Shown: piece by piece, positions 8,894-18,739 of the stretch
Layout: each line of letters starts with the position of its first letter
Numbering within the stretch: the first letter of the stretch is position 1
NCBI GenBank assembly: GCA_017513865.1
Contig: JAFWMN010000032.1
Span: 16,678-80,677 of the forward strand
Length of the DNA: 64,000 nt
Source of the DNA: Bacilli bacterium
Lineage (GTDB): Bacteria > Bacillota_I > Bacilli_A > RF39 > UBA660
Reading direction: 5' to 3'
Made by a program: the position numbers and the translations under genes
Notes under the pieces: model-generated
Database searches by the model: none
What the model saw: only the letters and a program-made list of their open reading frames with translations
Told to the model about the DNA's origin: nothing

Positions 8894-9832
8894 ATGTTTT
8901 ACGATAAATCTGTTATAAATGAAGTAAAAAAAATAGACGCATTAACATATCTAATGAACTATGAACCTGATAATGTTGTTAGAATTAGTAGAAATACTTA
9001 CTGTACTAAAGAACACGACAGTTTAAAACTTAGTAATGGTATGTGGTATTGGTTTTCTAAAAGTAAAGGCGGTAAGAGTGCAATTGATTATTTGATGATT
9101 GTAAAAGGATTATCTTTTACTGAATCCATAAAAATTTTATTAGAAAAAAAGAAAGCCGAGATAAAAAATTATTCATGTGATTATAAAAATATTTCTGCTG
9201 AATTTGTTAAACCAGAAGAAAATGACAACAATAATAAAGTAATAAAATACCTTTTATCTAGAGGAATTGATATTAAACTTATAATTGAATGTATAGATAA
9301 AAAATTAATATATGAAGATAAATATCATAATGCAGTTTTTGCTGGATATAATCTAAAAGGTGAGATGAAATATGCTTTTATAAGAGGAACTAATCACTCA
9401 AGATTTATGAAAGAAGCTTATGGAAGTATTAAGGCTTATTCTTTTAAAATAGATGCTATAAATGAAAGTAGATCATTACATTTATTTGAAAGTGCAATAG
9501 ATTTACTTTCTTATGCATCTTTAAATAAAGATTATTATAAAGATAACTTATTATCACTAGCCGGAGTATATAAACCCGCAAATAATTCTTCAGAAAGTAA
9601 ACTACCAATTGCATTAAAACTATATTTTTATATTCATCCTGAAATAGAAAAAGTATATTTTCATTTAGATAATGATAGGGCTGGTAGGGAGGCAACCTAT
9701 GCTCTTATGAACTTACTTAAAGATAAATATAAAGTCATTGATGAACCTCCAAAATACGGAAAGGATTTCAATGACTTTTTATGTCTTTTAAAAGAGAAAA
9801 AGCTTAATAAAATGTATAGATATGAGAGGTGA
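8894..9832 (+). CDS. DnaG/TraC-like primase: degenerate CHC2 zinc-finger-like N-domain plus Toprim domain
   Basis: HDSLKLSNGMWYWFSKSKGGKSAIDYLM resembles the primase zinc-binding region with the Zn ligands lost. The Toprim acidic motif is HLDNDRAGREA. Confidence 0.6.
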   Translation: MFYDKSVINEVKKIDALTYLMNYEPDNVVRISRNTYCTKEHDSLKLSNGMWYWFSKSKGGKSAIDYLMIVKGLSFTESIKILLEKKKAEIKNYSCDYKNISAEFVKPEENDNNNKVIKYLLSRGIDIKLIIECIDKKLIYEDKYHNAVFAGYNLKGEMKYAFIRGTNHSRFMKEAYGSIKAYSFKIDAINESRSLHLFESAIDLLSYASLNKDYYKDNLLSLAGVYKPANNSSESKLPIALKLYFYIHPEIEKVYFHLDNDRAGREATYALMNLLKDKYKVIDEPPKYGKDFNDFLCLLKEKKLNKMYRYER

Positions 9833-10056
9833 AAAACATGAAAAAGTTTATTGTAAAAATTAAAAATGTAACTGAAAAACAGTACTTAATAGATGCGAAA
9901 AATGAAGAAGAAGCAATGAAAAAAGCAACACAAACTTTCTTTGAAGAAAGACAAGAAATTGATATAGATGTGGCTGAATACGAAGTTGTTTCAGATGAGT
10001 ATGATGAAGAAGAATTTGCTCTAAAATTCAAAAAATTCGATATTTCTAAGGCTTAA
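9829..10056 (+). CDS. Small acidic hypothetical protein (75 aa)
   Basis: ORF with a GAGGTG RBS. Translationally coupled to the primase gene. Confidence 0.4.
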   Translation: MKNMKKFIVKIKNVTEKQYLIDAKNEEEAMKKATQTFFEERQEIDIDVAEYEVVSDEYDEEEFALKFKKFDISKA

Positions 10057-10074
10057 GATTAGTTATAGCCAGCA

Positions 10075-10130
10075 CTGAATTTGTATATACAAATTCAAAT
10101 TAAATGGGGAGACCCCAATCCCCCTAAAAT
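10075..10130. promoter_or_regulatory. Candidate oriT region: perfect 18-bp palindrome AATTTGTATATACAAATT plus a TGGGGagaCCCCA hairpin, immediately upstream of mobC and the relaxase gene
   Basis: Inverted repeats read from the sequence. Position relative to MobC/relaxase is typical of an oriT. The nic site is not identifiable by eye. Confidence 0.3.
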
Positions 10131-10156
10131 CTTTCATAGAAAGGAGTTGAAAAAGT

Positions 10157-10270
10157 ATGAACGAACTGTTATTTTTTATCATTGGACTTGTAATAGGAGG
10201 ACTAGTTGGAGTAGTACTTATGTGTTTTGTACAAATAGGAAGATTCAATGAACTTGAAAAAGAATATTTA
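10157..10270 (+). CDS. Possible small single-TM peptide (37 aa), absent from the ORF track
   Basis: AAAGGAG RBS 7 nt upstream of the ATG. Encodes MNELLFFIIGLVIGGLVGVVLMCFVQIG..., a single hydrophobic helix. Confidence 0.25.
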
Positions 10271-10302
10271 ATAGCTACTGGAGAGTTTCAGGATGGTGAG
10301 CC

Positions 10303-10632
10303 ATGTCAAGAAAAGAATTAAATTTTATTTTAAGATTATCTTACGAGGAAAAAGAAAAATTAGAAAAGAAAGCCGAGACCTGTGGTTATTCTATGTCAGA
10401 ATATATTAGAAGTTTAATTAATGGAATAGAGCCGAGAGAAAAACCTGATAAGGAATTTTATGATGTCTTAAAAGAAATAAGAAGAATTGGTGTTAATCTT
10501 AATCAGCTTGCTAGACACGTTAATACATTTGGTTATGCATCCAACCGAGATTTTAGAGAATTATATGATGAGGTTAGCAATCTTATATTAGATATGAAAA
10601 CTGAATATTTATATCCTAAAAAGCTAGAGTAA
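10303..10632 (+). CDS. mobC: MobC-family relaxosome accessory protein (RHH)
   Basis: LSYEEKEKLEKKAETCGYSMSEYIRSLI...NLNQLARHVN is typical of the bacterial mobilisation protein MobC family. Lies directly upstream of the relaxase gene. Confidence 0.65.
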   Translation: MSRKELNFILRLSYEEKEKLEKKAETCGYSMSEYIRSLINGIEPREKPDKEFYDVLKEIRRIGVNLNQLARHVNTFGYASNRDFRELYDEVSNLILDMKTEYLYPKKLE

Positions 10633-10700
10633 ATCATATTGACTTTAATAATCTAGCAATATATAATTTATGGTGTTGTAAGAAAGAGGTAGTAAGTATT

Positions 10701-10952
10701 ATGGATGAAAAAATTGTTAACGAATTAATTTTGCAGGTTTATGATTTAAATTTAGGAGAGAAAACGACTATATCTGAATTATTAAGTAAGACTCATTATA
10801 AAGTTATGATCAAAGATATGCCTAAACTTATGAATCTATTTCTAATAGAGTGTGAAAAGAGAAAGATTGAACTTGATTTTGGTGACAACAAAAATATAAA
10901 AACAAAGATGAATTATTCAATTCCATTTGTGAAAAAGAAAATTAATATTTAA
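10701..10952 (+). CDS. Hypothetical protein (83 aa)
   Basis: ORF only. Confidence 0.35.
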   Translation: MDEKIVNELILQVYDLNLGEKTTISELLSKTHYKVMIKDMPKLMNLFLIECEKRKIELDFGDNKNIKTKMNYSIPFVKKKINI

Positions 10953-11003
10953 GTACTCATTTATGGGTACTTTTTTTATAACAAAATTTGAAAGGAGATT
11001 TAT

Positions 11004-11270
11004 ATGAGATTAAGAAAATTAAAGAATAAAGTAAATATAATTGGAGAAATAGCAGGAAAGTCAAAGATGACTAATATTAATGGAAAAAGTGCAGTAGAGT
11101 TGTTAGTAAATGCAAACGGAGTAATAACTTGTTATTATTATTCTGATGAAAATGTTTTTGAAAAATATGAAATTGGCTCAAAAATAGCTTTAATAGGACA
11201 CGTTGAAGCTAAAGATGATACGATTGTTCCAATTATAGAAGAATATAAAGTTAAAAAAGGTGCGAGATAA
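11004..11270 (+). CDS. Hypothetical protein (88 aa)
   Basis: ORF with a GGAG RBS. Confidence 0.4.
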   Translation: MRLRKLKNKVNIIGEIAGKSKMTNINGKSAVELLVNANGVITCYYYSDENVFEKYEIGSKIALIGHVEAKDDTIVPIIEEYKVKKGAR

Positions 11271-12593
11271 TTGGCTGTTACCCAGATATGGAAAGTTAAT
11301 AATTTAAAAAGAGTAATTGACTATACTACTAATGCTGAAAAAACAGTAAAAGATATTTCTGTTTATAAAGAGGTTCACAATGGAAAAGAATATGATAATT
11401 TGGATTATGAATCAGAAGAACAATGCTTTGTTTCAGGTATAAACTGCTCTCCTAAAACTGCTTATAAAGAAATGATGATTACTAAACATCAATTTAATAA
11501 AACTGGTAGTATTCAGGGATTTCACTCTTTTCAATCGTTTAAAGAAGGAGAAGTAACTTCAGAGCTTGCTCATAAAATTGGAGTTAAGTTTGCTAGTGAA
11601 ATGTGGGGAGATAGGTTTGAAGTAGTAGTATCGACTCACTTAAATACAGATCATATTCATAATCATTTTGTTATTAATTCCGTTTCATTTGTAGATGGTA
11701 AAAGATATTATGATACTAGAAGTAGCTATGCCACAATTAGAAGACTATCTGATATGATTTGTGAAGAATATGGTCTTAGTGTTATTAGAGAAAAACCAAC
11801 AAGAAAAAAGATTAATTACGATAACTATTTTAAAAGTTCTATTAGAAGATTAAATTACTATACAATTGCTAAAGAAGATTTAGATAAAGCTATTATGGAA
11901 GCTTATAATTATGAAGACTTTGAAAATCTAATGAGATGTATGAATTATACTTTAACATATAGAGTTGGTAAATTAAGTATAAGAAAAGGTAATTATAAGA
12001 GAAATATTAGAGTTGAAAGAATGTTTGGAGAAGATTATTCTAAAGATAATATAATAGATAGAATTAGTAAGACTTATTCACCTAGAGAGCCATTTATTGA
12101 AGAATATGGAATTTCAAAAAGAAAGGTATATGCTAAAGATTATAAAAAACATAAAGGAATAGTTGCTTTGTATTTGCACTATTGTTATTTGCTTGGAGTT
12201 TTTAAGCCGAAAGAAAGATTTAACAAATTAACTCCAGAAATGAGACTTGAAGTATATAAAATGGAAAGGTATTCAGAAGAGACAAGACTGCTTGTGAGAG
12301 AAAATATAGAAACTCATGAGCAGTTTTTTGCTTATAAGAAAAATATAGAGGATAAATATATAGATTTAGTTAAAAAAAACAAAAGCTTGTGGTATGAACA
12401 TAAGAAAGGAAAATCAAGCGATGAAAAAGAAAATATATTAAAGCAAATTGAAAATCTAAATAATGATATTATTCCTTTAAAAAATGAGTATGAACTATGT
12501 AAAAAAATAGAAGAGGATATTGATAAGGTATCTGATAATTTAAAAAAGCAAGAAAAGGAGATGATAAAAAATGAACTCATCAGAGGCAGCTGA
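11271..12593 (+). CDS. Relaxase (relaxase/mobilisation nuclease domain, MobA/VirD2-like)
   Basis: N-terminal MAVTQIWKV... and the His triad HLNTDHIHNHFVIN of the PF03432-type relaxase. Paired with mobC. Confidence 0.8.
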   Translation: MAVTQIWKVNNLKRVIDYTTNAEKTVKDISVYKEVHNGKEYDNLDYESEEQCFVSGINCSPKTAYKEMMITKHQFNKTGSIQGFHSFQSFKEGEVTSELAHKIGVKFASEMWGDRFEVVVSTHLNTDHIHNHFVINSVSFVDGKRYYDTRSSYATIRRLSDMICEEYGLSVIREKPTRKKINYDNYFKSSIRRLNYYTIAKEDLDKAIMEAYNYEDFENLMRCMNYTLTYRVGKLSIRKGNYKRNIRVERMFGEDYSKDNIIDRISKTYSPREPFIEEYGISKRKVYAKDYKKHKGIVALYLHYCYLLGVFKPKERFNKLTPEMRLEVYKMERYSEETRLLVRENIETHEQFFAYKKNIEDKYIDLVKKNKSLWYEHKKGKSSDEKENILKQIENLNNDIIPLKNEYELCKKIEEDIDKVSDNLKKQEKEMIKNELIRGS

Positions 12594-13290
12594 AAGTGTT
12601 GTTAAAGTTTATTTAGAAGGAGTAGAGGTCGGAGTTAGAATTGTTGGCCCTGCTGCTAAAGAACTTGCTGTAATGTTTTATGCAATACTTAAAGACAACA
12701 AAAAAATTGCAGGAAGTACAAACCTTCGTAATATGCTTAAGTCTGGTAAAGAATTGAAAGTATTTTCATTAAAAGAAAAAGATTTAAAGACGTTTCAAAG
12801 AGAAGCTAAAAATTATGGAATACTATATAGCGTTTTAAAAAAGAAAAATCAAAAATCAGAAGATGGAATTGTCGACATATTAGTTAGAAGTGAGGACGCT
12901 GCAAAAATAAATAGAATTGTAGAGAAATTCAAGTTGATGACTCATGATAAGGCAGAGATATTAAGTAGTATAGAAAAAGATAGGGAAGCTAAAAACAAGG
13001 GAGTTAAAGAGAAAAGCCCATCAGTGAAGGAAAAGGAAGATATTATTACTAAACCTAGTAAAAAGGATGATAATTCGCTGGACCCCTATTTGGCAAAGAC
13101 AGAAAAAAGCCCTCTGTTCGAGCAGAACTTAGAAAACAAAAATATTTCAGTTAAGGGTACTGACAAAACTTCTGTAAAAAAAGAATTAGATGAAATAAAA
13201 GCAGAAATTAAGAGTAAGTCAGGTAAGAAAACTGAAGTTAAAGCTCCAAAGAAGAATAGAAATAAGAAACGAAAAACAAAAAGTAGATGA
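12571..13290 (+). CDS. Conjugation accessory protein, tentatively DUF3801/PcfB-like, with a Lys-rich C-terminus
   Basis: Position between the relaxase and coupling-protein genes, plus the GSTNLRNMLKSGKELKVFSL...AKNYGILYSV motif. Family assignment is from memory and unverified. Confidence 0.4.
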   Translation: MNSSEAAESVVKVYLEGVEVGVRIVGPAAKELAVMFYAILKDNKKIAGSTNLRNMLKSGKELKVFSLKEKDLKTFQREAKNYGILYSVLKKKNQKSEDGIVDILVRSEDAAKINRIVEKFKLMTHDKAEILSSIEKDREAKNKGVKEKSPSVKEKEDIITKPSKKDDNSLDPYLAKTEKSPLFEQNLENKNISVKGTDKTSVKKELDEIKAEIKSKSGKKTEVKAPKKNRNKKRKTKSR

Positions 13291-13306
13291 GTTGGAGATA
13301 TAGTTT

Positions 13307-13504
13307 ATGAAAAAAAGAATTAATATTTTAGAATTAACCGATGATGAACATAGTTTAATTATCAATGCTTTAAATGAACTTAGAACTAAATTAAAACAGG
13401 AAGAGATGGATACTGAATTTGTAGAAGACTTACTTATAAAAATATTAGATCCAATTGTTAAAATTAAAAAATTTGGTAGATATGTAGAAGAAAGGGATAG
13501 ATGA
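13307..13504 (+). CDS. Small hypothetical protein (65 aa)
   Basis: ORF coupled to the downstream T4CP gene. Confidence 0.35.
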   Translation: MKKRINILELTDDEHSLIINALNELRTKLKQEEMDTEFVEDLLIKILDPIVKIKKFGRYVEERDR

Positions 13505-15300
13505 TGAATAAAAGTGATTATTCATTTATTTATTTTTTTGGACTTATAATAACTATTTGGTTTTCTTTATTATCAGCTCCAATTATGGATGGTGGATTAC
13601 CTAAATACATTATGGAATTTTCAAAAGTAATGGATAATCCTTTTAAGATAACTTTTACAGATAATACATTAAGAATAACATTCATTTTTGTAATAATTTA
13701 TTCTTTAAGTTTTTTAGTCTATATAACTACTAGAAAGAACTACCGAAAAGGTGAAGAGTATGGTTCTGCTAAGTGGGGAAATAAGAAAAAACTTAGAGAT
13801 AAATATAAGAAAGAACCTATTAGCGATAATAAAATACTGACTCGAAATGTTTATTTAGGATTAGATGGTAAAATCCATAGAAGAAATTTAAATACCTTAG
13901 TAATTGGTGGTAGTGGTGCAGGAAAGACTAGATTTTATGCTAAACCTAATATTATGCAATGTAATACTTCTTTTGTAATACTTGATCCTAAGGGAGAGAT
14001 TGTAAGAGCACTTGGAGGCCTTTTGAAAAGTAAAGGTTATAATGTCAAAATTTTAGATTTAATTAATATGGAAAAAAGCCACTGTTATAATCCATTTGTT
14101 TATTTAGAAAATGATAATGATGCTCAAAGACTCGTTACTAATTTATTTAAGGCAACAACTCCAAAAGGAAGTCAGTCACAAGATCCATTTTGGGATACTG
14201 CTGCAAGTATGCTTTTACTAGCTTTAATATTTTATTTAAAATATGAAGCTCCAGAAGAAGAACAAAATTTCCCAATGGTTATGGAAATGCTTAGAGCAGG
14301 AGATGTTAAAGAAGACGATGAGATGTATGAAAGTCCATTAGATGTTTTATTTAAAAGACTTGAAGAAAGAGATCCTGAACACATAGCTCTTAAGTACTAT
14401 GATGGCTATAAAAGTGGAGCAGATAAAACTCGTAAATCAATATTAATTACTTTAATAGCAAGACTCGAAAAGTTTAATCTAGATAGTTTAATATCTCTTA
14501 CACAAACAGATGAGTTAGAACTTCAAAGGCTTGGAGAAGAAAAGACTGCTTTATTTGCTTTACTACCTGATAATGATACTAGTTTTAACTTTTTAGTTAG
14601 TATTTTATATACGCAGTTATTTCAGCAGTTATTTTTAGTTGCCGATAGAAAGTATGGTGGAAGTTTAAAAGTACCTGTTCATTTTGTTATGGACGAATTT
14701 GCTAATGTAAGTTTGCCAAATGATTTTCAGCAGCTACTTTCTGTTATGAGGTCTAGAAATATATTCGTATCAATTATTATTCAAAATTTATCACAGTTAA
14801 AAGCTCTTTTTGAAAAAGATTGGGATTCTATTGTTGGAAACTGTGATGAATTTTTATATTTAGGTGGTAATGAACAGTCTAGTCATAAATACGTTAGTGA
14901 AATAATTGGAAAGGAATCTTTAGATATAAATACTTATGGTAAGTCTAGTGGTAGAAGTGGCAATTATTCTACTAATTATCAAGGTACTGGAAGAGAACTA
15001 ATAACTCCTGATGAAGTTAGAAGACTTGATGATAGACATTGTATTTTATTAATTAGAGGAGAAATGCCAGTTAAGGATTTAAAGTATAACATCTTAAAAC
15101 ATCCTAATATTAAACTTACTGAAGATGGAGGAGCAAAGCCATTTATTCATGGTAATACTGATGAAGCTGTTGCTACTGTACACCTTGATTTGAATATTGA
15201 TAATATTGATTCTTCTATGGTAGAAGAAGTACTTGATGAATATATAGTGATTGATTCTGTTGATTTAGATGATTATTTTGAAAATGAAAGGAAGATGTAA
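13501..15300 (+). CDS. Type IV secretion coupling protein (VirD4/TraG/TcpA-like)
   Basis: Two N-terminal TM helices, Walker A LVIGGSGAGKT and the Walker B-like HFVMDEF motif. 599 aa. Confidence 0.8.
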   Translation: MMNKSDYSFIYFFGLIITIWFSLLSAPIMDGGLPKYIMEFSKVMDNPFKITFTDNTLRITFIFVIIYSLSFLVYITTRKNYRKGEEYGSAKWGNKKKLRDKYKKEPISDNKILTRNVYLGLDGKIHRRNLNTLVIGGSGAGKTRFYAKPNIMQCNTSFVILDPKGEIVRALGGLLKSKGYNVKILDLINMEKSHCYNPFVYLENDNDAQRLVTNLFKATTPKGSQSQDPFWDTAASMLLLALIFYLKYEAPEEEQNFPMVMEMLRAGDVKEDDEMYESPLDVLFKRLEERDPEHIALKYYDGYKSGADKTRKSILITLIARLEKFNLDSLISLTQTDELELQRLGEEKTALFALLPDNDTSFNFLVSILYTQLFQQLFLVADRKYGGSLKVPVHFVMDEFANVSLPNDFQQLLSVMRSRNIFVSIIIQNLSQLKALFEKDWDSIVGNCDEFLYLGGNEQSSHKYVSEIIGKESLDINTYGKSSGRSGNYSTNYQGTGRELITPDEVRRLDDRHCILLIRGEMPVKDLKYNILKHPNIKLTEDGGAKPFIHGNTDEAVATVHLDLNIDNIDSSMVEEVLDEYIVIDSVDLDDYFENERKM

Positions 15301-15609
15301 ATGAATAAAAAAATTAAAATGATTAAATTATATTATATTATGGTAACTATTGTTGCATCATTGATTTTCAGTATTATGCCAGTGTATGCAACTGAAGATC
15401 CACTAGCTGTTATAAATAACTTATCAAACTTTGTTTTTAGTATTTTAAGAGGAGTTGGAACGATATTACTTGCTTTTGGTATTTCACAGTTTGGTATGTC
15501 TTTTAAGAGTCATGACCCCTCACAGAGAGCTAATGGTGTAATGACAATAGTAGGTGGAATCATAATAGCTTTTTCGAAAGAAATTTTAAATATCATAATG
15601 GGAGGGTAA
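15301..15609 (+). CDS. Small secreted two-TM protein, VirB2/TrbC pilin-like candidate
   Basis: Signal peptide followed by two hydrophobic segments, 102 aa. Lies within the T4SS operon. Confidence 0.45.
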   Translation: MNKKIKMIKLYYIMVTIVASLIFSIMPVYATEDPLAVINNLSNFVFSILRGVGTILLAFGISQFGMSFKSHDPSQRANGVMTIVGGIIIAFSKEILNIIMGG

Positions 15610-15644
15610 AACCTCCCTTAATTTATGAAAAGAGGTGATTTGTT

Positions 15645-16481
15645 TTGAGTGATAACTGGATAGTGGGAAGCTTAAATAATGCTTTAGAAACTTGGAATTC
15701 AAAACTAGCAGAAATATGGAAATTAATAACTGAAACCCCACAAACATTTAAAGGTGGTGGTATATGGAACGTTATAGTAAATATCCACGGAGCTTTAGAA
15801 GCCATAGGACTTGCTTTACTTGTTTTATTCTTTGTTGTTGGTATTACTAAGACTTGTTCCTCACTTACAGAAGTTAGGAAGCCAGAACATGCTTTAAAGT
15901 TCTTTATTAGGTTTGCTATTGCTAAATTAATTGTAACTAGAGGAATGGAACTTATGCTGAGCTTATTTAAAATAGGACAAGGTATATCTCTAAAAATAAT
16001 GGAAGTAGCTAATATACAGAAAGTTTCAAATGCTACTTTACCTAAAGAAATGATAAAAGCAATTGAAAGCTGTGGTTTTTTTGAATCGATTCCACTATGG
16101 TTTGTTACATTAATTGGAGGTCTTGCTGTGACCGTATTATCTTTTATTATGATAATGACAGTGTACGGAAGATTTTTTAAATTATATATTTACACTGCAA
16201 TAGCACCAATACCACTTTCTACATTTGCTGGAGAACACGTACAAAATGTAGGTAGAACATTTTTAAAAAGCTATGTTGGTGTTTGTTTAGAGGGTGCTGT
16301 GATTGTACTTTCCTGTATTATTTTCTCTATGTTTGCTTCATCTCCACCAGTAGTGGATACAAATGCTGCCCCAGTTACTATGGCATGGAAGTATTTAGGG
16401 GAAATAATATTTAATATGCTTGTTTTAGTTGGAACAATTAAAGCTTCCGATAGAGTAGTTAAAGAAATGGTTGGATTATAG
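15645..16481 (+). CDS. Polytopic membrane protein, VirB6/TrbL-like channel-component candidate
   Basis: At least five predicted TM helices, located in the T4SS operon. TTG start with an AGAGGTG RBS. Confidence 0.45.
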   Translation: MSDNWIVGSLNNALETWNSKLAEIWKLITETPQTFKGGGIWNVIVNIHGALEAIGLALLVLFFVVGITKTCSSLTEVRKPEHALKFFIRFAIAKLIVTRGMELMLSLFKIGQGISLKIMEVANIQKVSNATLPKEMIKAIESCGFFESIPLWFVTLIGGLAVTVLSFIMIMTVYGRFFKLYIYTAIAPIPLSTFAGEHVQNVGRTFLKSYVGVCLEGAVIVLSCIIFSMFASSPPVVDTNAAPVTMAWKYLGEIIFNMLVLVGTIKASDRVVKEMVGL

Positions 16482-16604
16482 ATTATTATAAATTGTAATA
16501 TATAGATGACGAAAGAAATTTCATTCTAATATTTATTTAATTTAATAATTTTTTTAGCAAATAATTATATCATCATGTTATAATTAATAACTAGAGGTGA
16601 TGAT

Positions 16605-17864
16605 ATGGCAAAAAGAACTAAATATGAATTTACCTCATCATTTTTAAATACATATAAAGAAGTTGAAGTAATTGGTGAAGGTGGAAATTCGACTGTATTT
16701 AAAGTTATCGATGATGAAAATAAGGAATATGCTCTTAAGCTATTGAACAAAAAGATAGATAAAGAAAACAAAAAAAGATATAAAAATGAGATTAATTACT
16801 GTTTAAAATCTAATCATGAAAATATAATGAATGTCATAGATAATGGTATATTCGAATTAAATAATGAAAAGTACATGTTTTACGTAATGCCAATTTATTA
16901 TGAAAATTTAAGAAATATGATGACAAGAAAAATAAGTAATGAAGATAAATTAAAATATTTTAATCAAATACTCGAAGGAATAAAGTATTTTCATAATGGA
17001 AAGAATTATCATAGAGACATTAAGCCAGAAAATATACTTTTCGATAAAGCTAAGAATATTATTGTAGTTGCTGATTTTGGTATATCACATTTTAATGAAA
17101 ATGAATTATATACAGTAGTAGAAACTAAAGCTGGAAGTAGAATGGCAAACTTTCAATACGCAGCTCCAGAGCAAAAAGAAAAAAATGCAATTGTAGATCA
17201 TAGAGCAGACATCTATGCTTTAGGATTGATATTAAATGAATTATTTACTGGTCACATTCCAGTAGGGACTAGTTATAAAAAAATAGGAAATGTTGCACCT
17301 GAATATTCTTTTTTAGATGAAGTTGTTGAAAAAATGATAAAACAAGATAAAAATGATAGACCTAAAGACATTGAAACAGTACAATATGAGATTAATTCAA
17401 GAATTGAATTAGAAAAAATAAATGACGAAATAAAACGATTAAGAAAAATAGAAATAAAAGAATCGGACGAAAAAGACATTTTGATTATTGATCCTCCGAA
17501 ATTAATAAATATATCATATGATGAATATGAAAATAGGTTAAAATTTAAATTAAATCATCCTATTAATAATGATTGGATTAGTTGTATTAAGTCAAGCTCA
17601 CGAAGTTCAATAATGGGGTATGATGTTGATAGTTTTAGATTTGAATATGAATATGCAAGTGTTTTATTACCTGTTAGAAACCTCGGCTATGCTCAAAATA
17701 TTACAGATTATTTCAAACAATGGATTGACAAAGCAAATGCTAAATATCCAATTTTAATTAAAAATAGGAGAAATATCGAAAAACTTAATAAAGAAAAAGC
17801 AATGAAAGAAGAAATAGAAAAAAAAGAAAAAATTACAAAAATATTAAGCGATATTAAATTTTAA
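16605..17864 (+). CDS. Hanks-type (eukaryotic-like) Ser/Thr protein kinase with a roughly 150-aa C-terminal extension
   Basis: G-loop GEGGNSTVF, catalytic Lys in YALKLL, HRDIKPENILF, DFGIS and APE motifs. Confidence 0.8.
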   Translation: MAKRTKYEFTSSFLNTYKEVEVIGEGGNSTVFKVIDDENKEYALKLLNKKIDKENKKRYKNEINYCLKSNHENIMNVIDNGIFELNNEKYMFYVMPIYYENLRNMMTRKISNEDKLKYFNQILEGIKYFHNGKNYHRDIKPENILFDKAKNIIVVADFGISHFNENELYTVVETKAGSRMANFQYAAPEQKEKNAIVDHRADIYALGLILNELFTGHIPVGTSYKKIGNVAPEYSFLDEVVEKMIKQDKNDRPKDIETVQYEINSRIELEKINDEIKRLRKIEIKESDEKDILIIDPPKLINISYDEYENRLKFKLNHPINNDWISCIKSSSRSSIMGYDVDSFRFEYEYASVLLPVRNLGYAQNITDYFKQWIDKANAKYPILIKNRRNIEKLNKEKAMKEEIEKKEKITKILSDIKF

Positions 17865-17958
17865 TATTAAATATTGTTAGTTTGATAGACAAATTCAATC
17901 ATAAAATGGTTGGATTTTTTTTGTTATTTAATATAAAAAAAGAAAGGGATGAGAGATA

Positions 17959-18471
17959 ATGAGAAAACAATATGATGATTTTACGCAATTGAAAGTTAAA
18001 GATATGAGTAAAAGTATAAGTGATATGACTTATAAATATATAAACCCAGAAACAAATACACCTACTAAAGTACCACCAATGCATTATGAAAAAATACTTA
18101 GTCAGGTAACAGAAAAATATATGGCTGATGTTACTAGTAAACAGTTTTTAAATATTATGTATACACAGTTAGTAAATCTAAAAAAAGAAGATGAAAATTA
18201 CTTTAACCAAGCATTAGTATGCATGGATATAGGAATCAATCCAAAAGATCTTAGAATTGATGAGCAAATCGCTATAAAGATTATTAGTGAATATATAGAT
18301 GATAAGAAGAAAAATGAAAAGAAAAATTATCATTTTTTAAGTGAAGATATAGTCGAAACATTTAATGAGGCAAAAAATAATCCTGAACTTCAATCGTCAA
18401 TTATTAAAGAGTCAAATAGAGTAGAGGGAATTGATAACTATAGAAGAAATGATTATAGGGATGAAAGATAA
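17959..18471 (+). CDS. Hypothetical protein (170 aa), downstream partner of the kinase
   Basis: ORF with a GGGATGAGAG RBS. Confidence 0.45.
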   Translation: MRKQYDDFTQLKVKDMSKSISDMTYKYINPETNTPTKVPPMHYEKILSQVTEKYMADVTSKQFLNIMYTQLVNLKKEDENYFNQALVCMDIGINPKDLRIDEQIAIKIISEYIDDKKKNEKKNYHFLSEDIVETFNEAKNNPELQSSIIKESNRVEGIDNYRRNDYRDER

Positions 18472-18476
18472 AGTAT

Positions 18477-18734
18477 ATGCAAGGAAACAGTAAAATAAGA
18501 GCATTACTTACAGAAATCAGATTAAATAATGGACTATCACAAAGAGAGATGTCAAGAAGATTAGGAATTAGTCATTCTGCAATAAATGATATTGAAAATG
18601 GCAAGATAAAAAATGTAAGTATTAAAATTATAATTAAACTGGCTGAAGAATTTAATATAAGTATTAAAACACTTCTAATAGGTTCTGGATATGAAAAACT
18701 TATATATTTATTAGAAAATAGTAAGAAAGGGTGA
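18477..18734 (+). CDS. XRE-family HTH transcriptional regulator
   Basis: LSQREMSRRLGISHSAINDIENGK helix-turn-helix. Confidence 0.6.
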   Translation: MQGNSKIRALLTEIRLNNGLSQREMSRRLGISHSAINDIENGKIKNVSIKIIIKLAEEFNISIKTLLIGSGYEKLIYLLENSKKG

Positions 18735-18739
18735 TTTGA

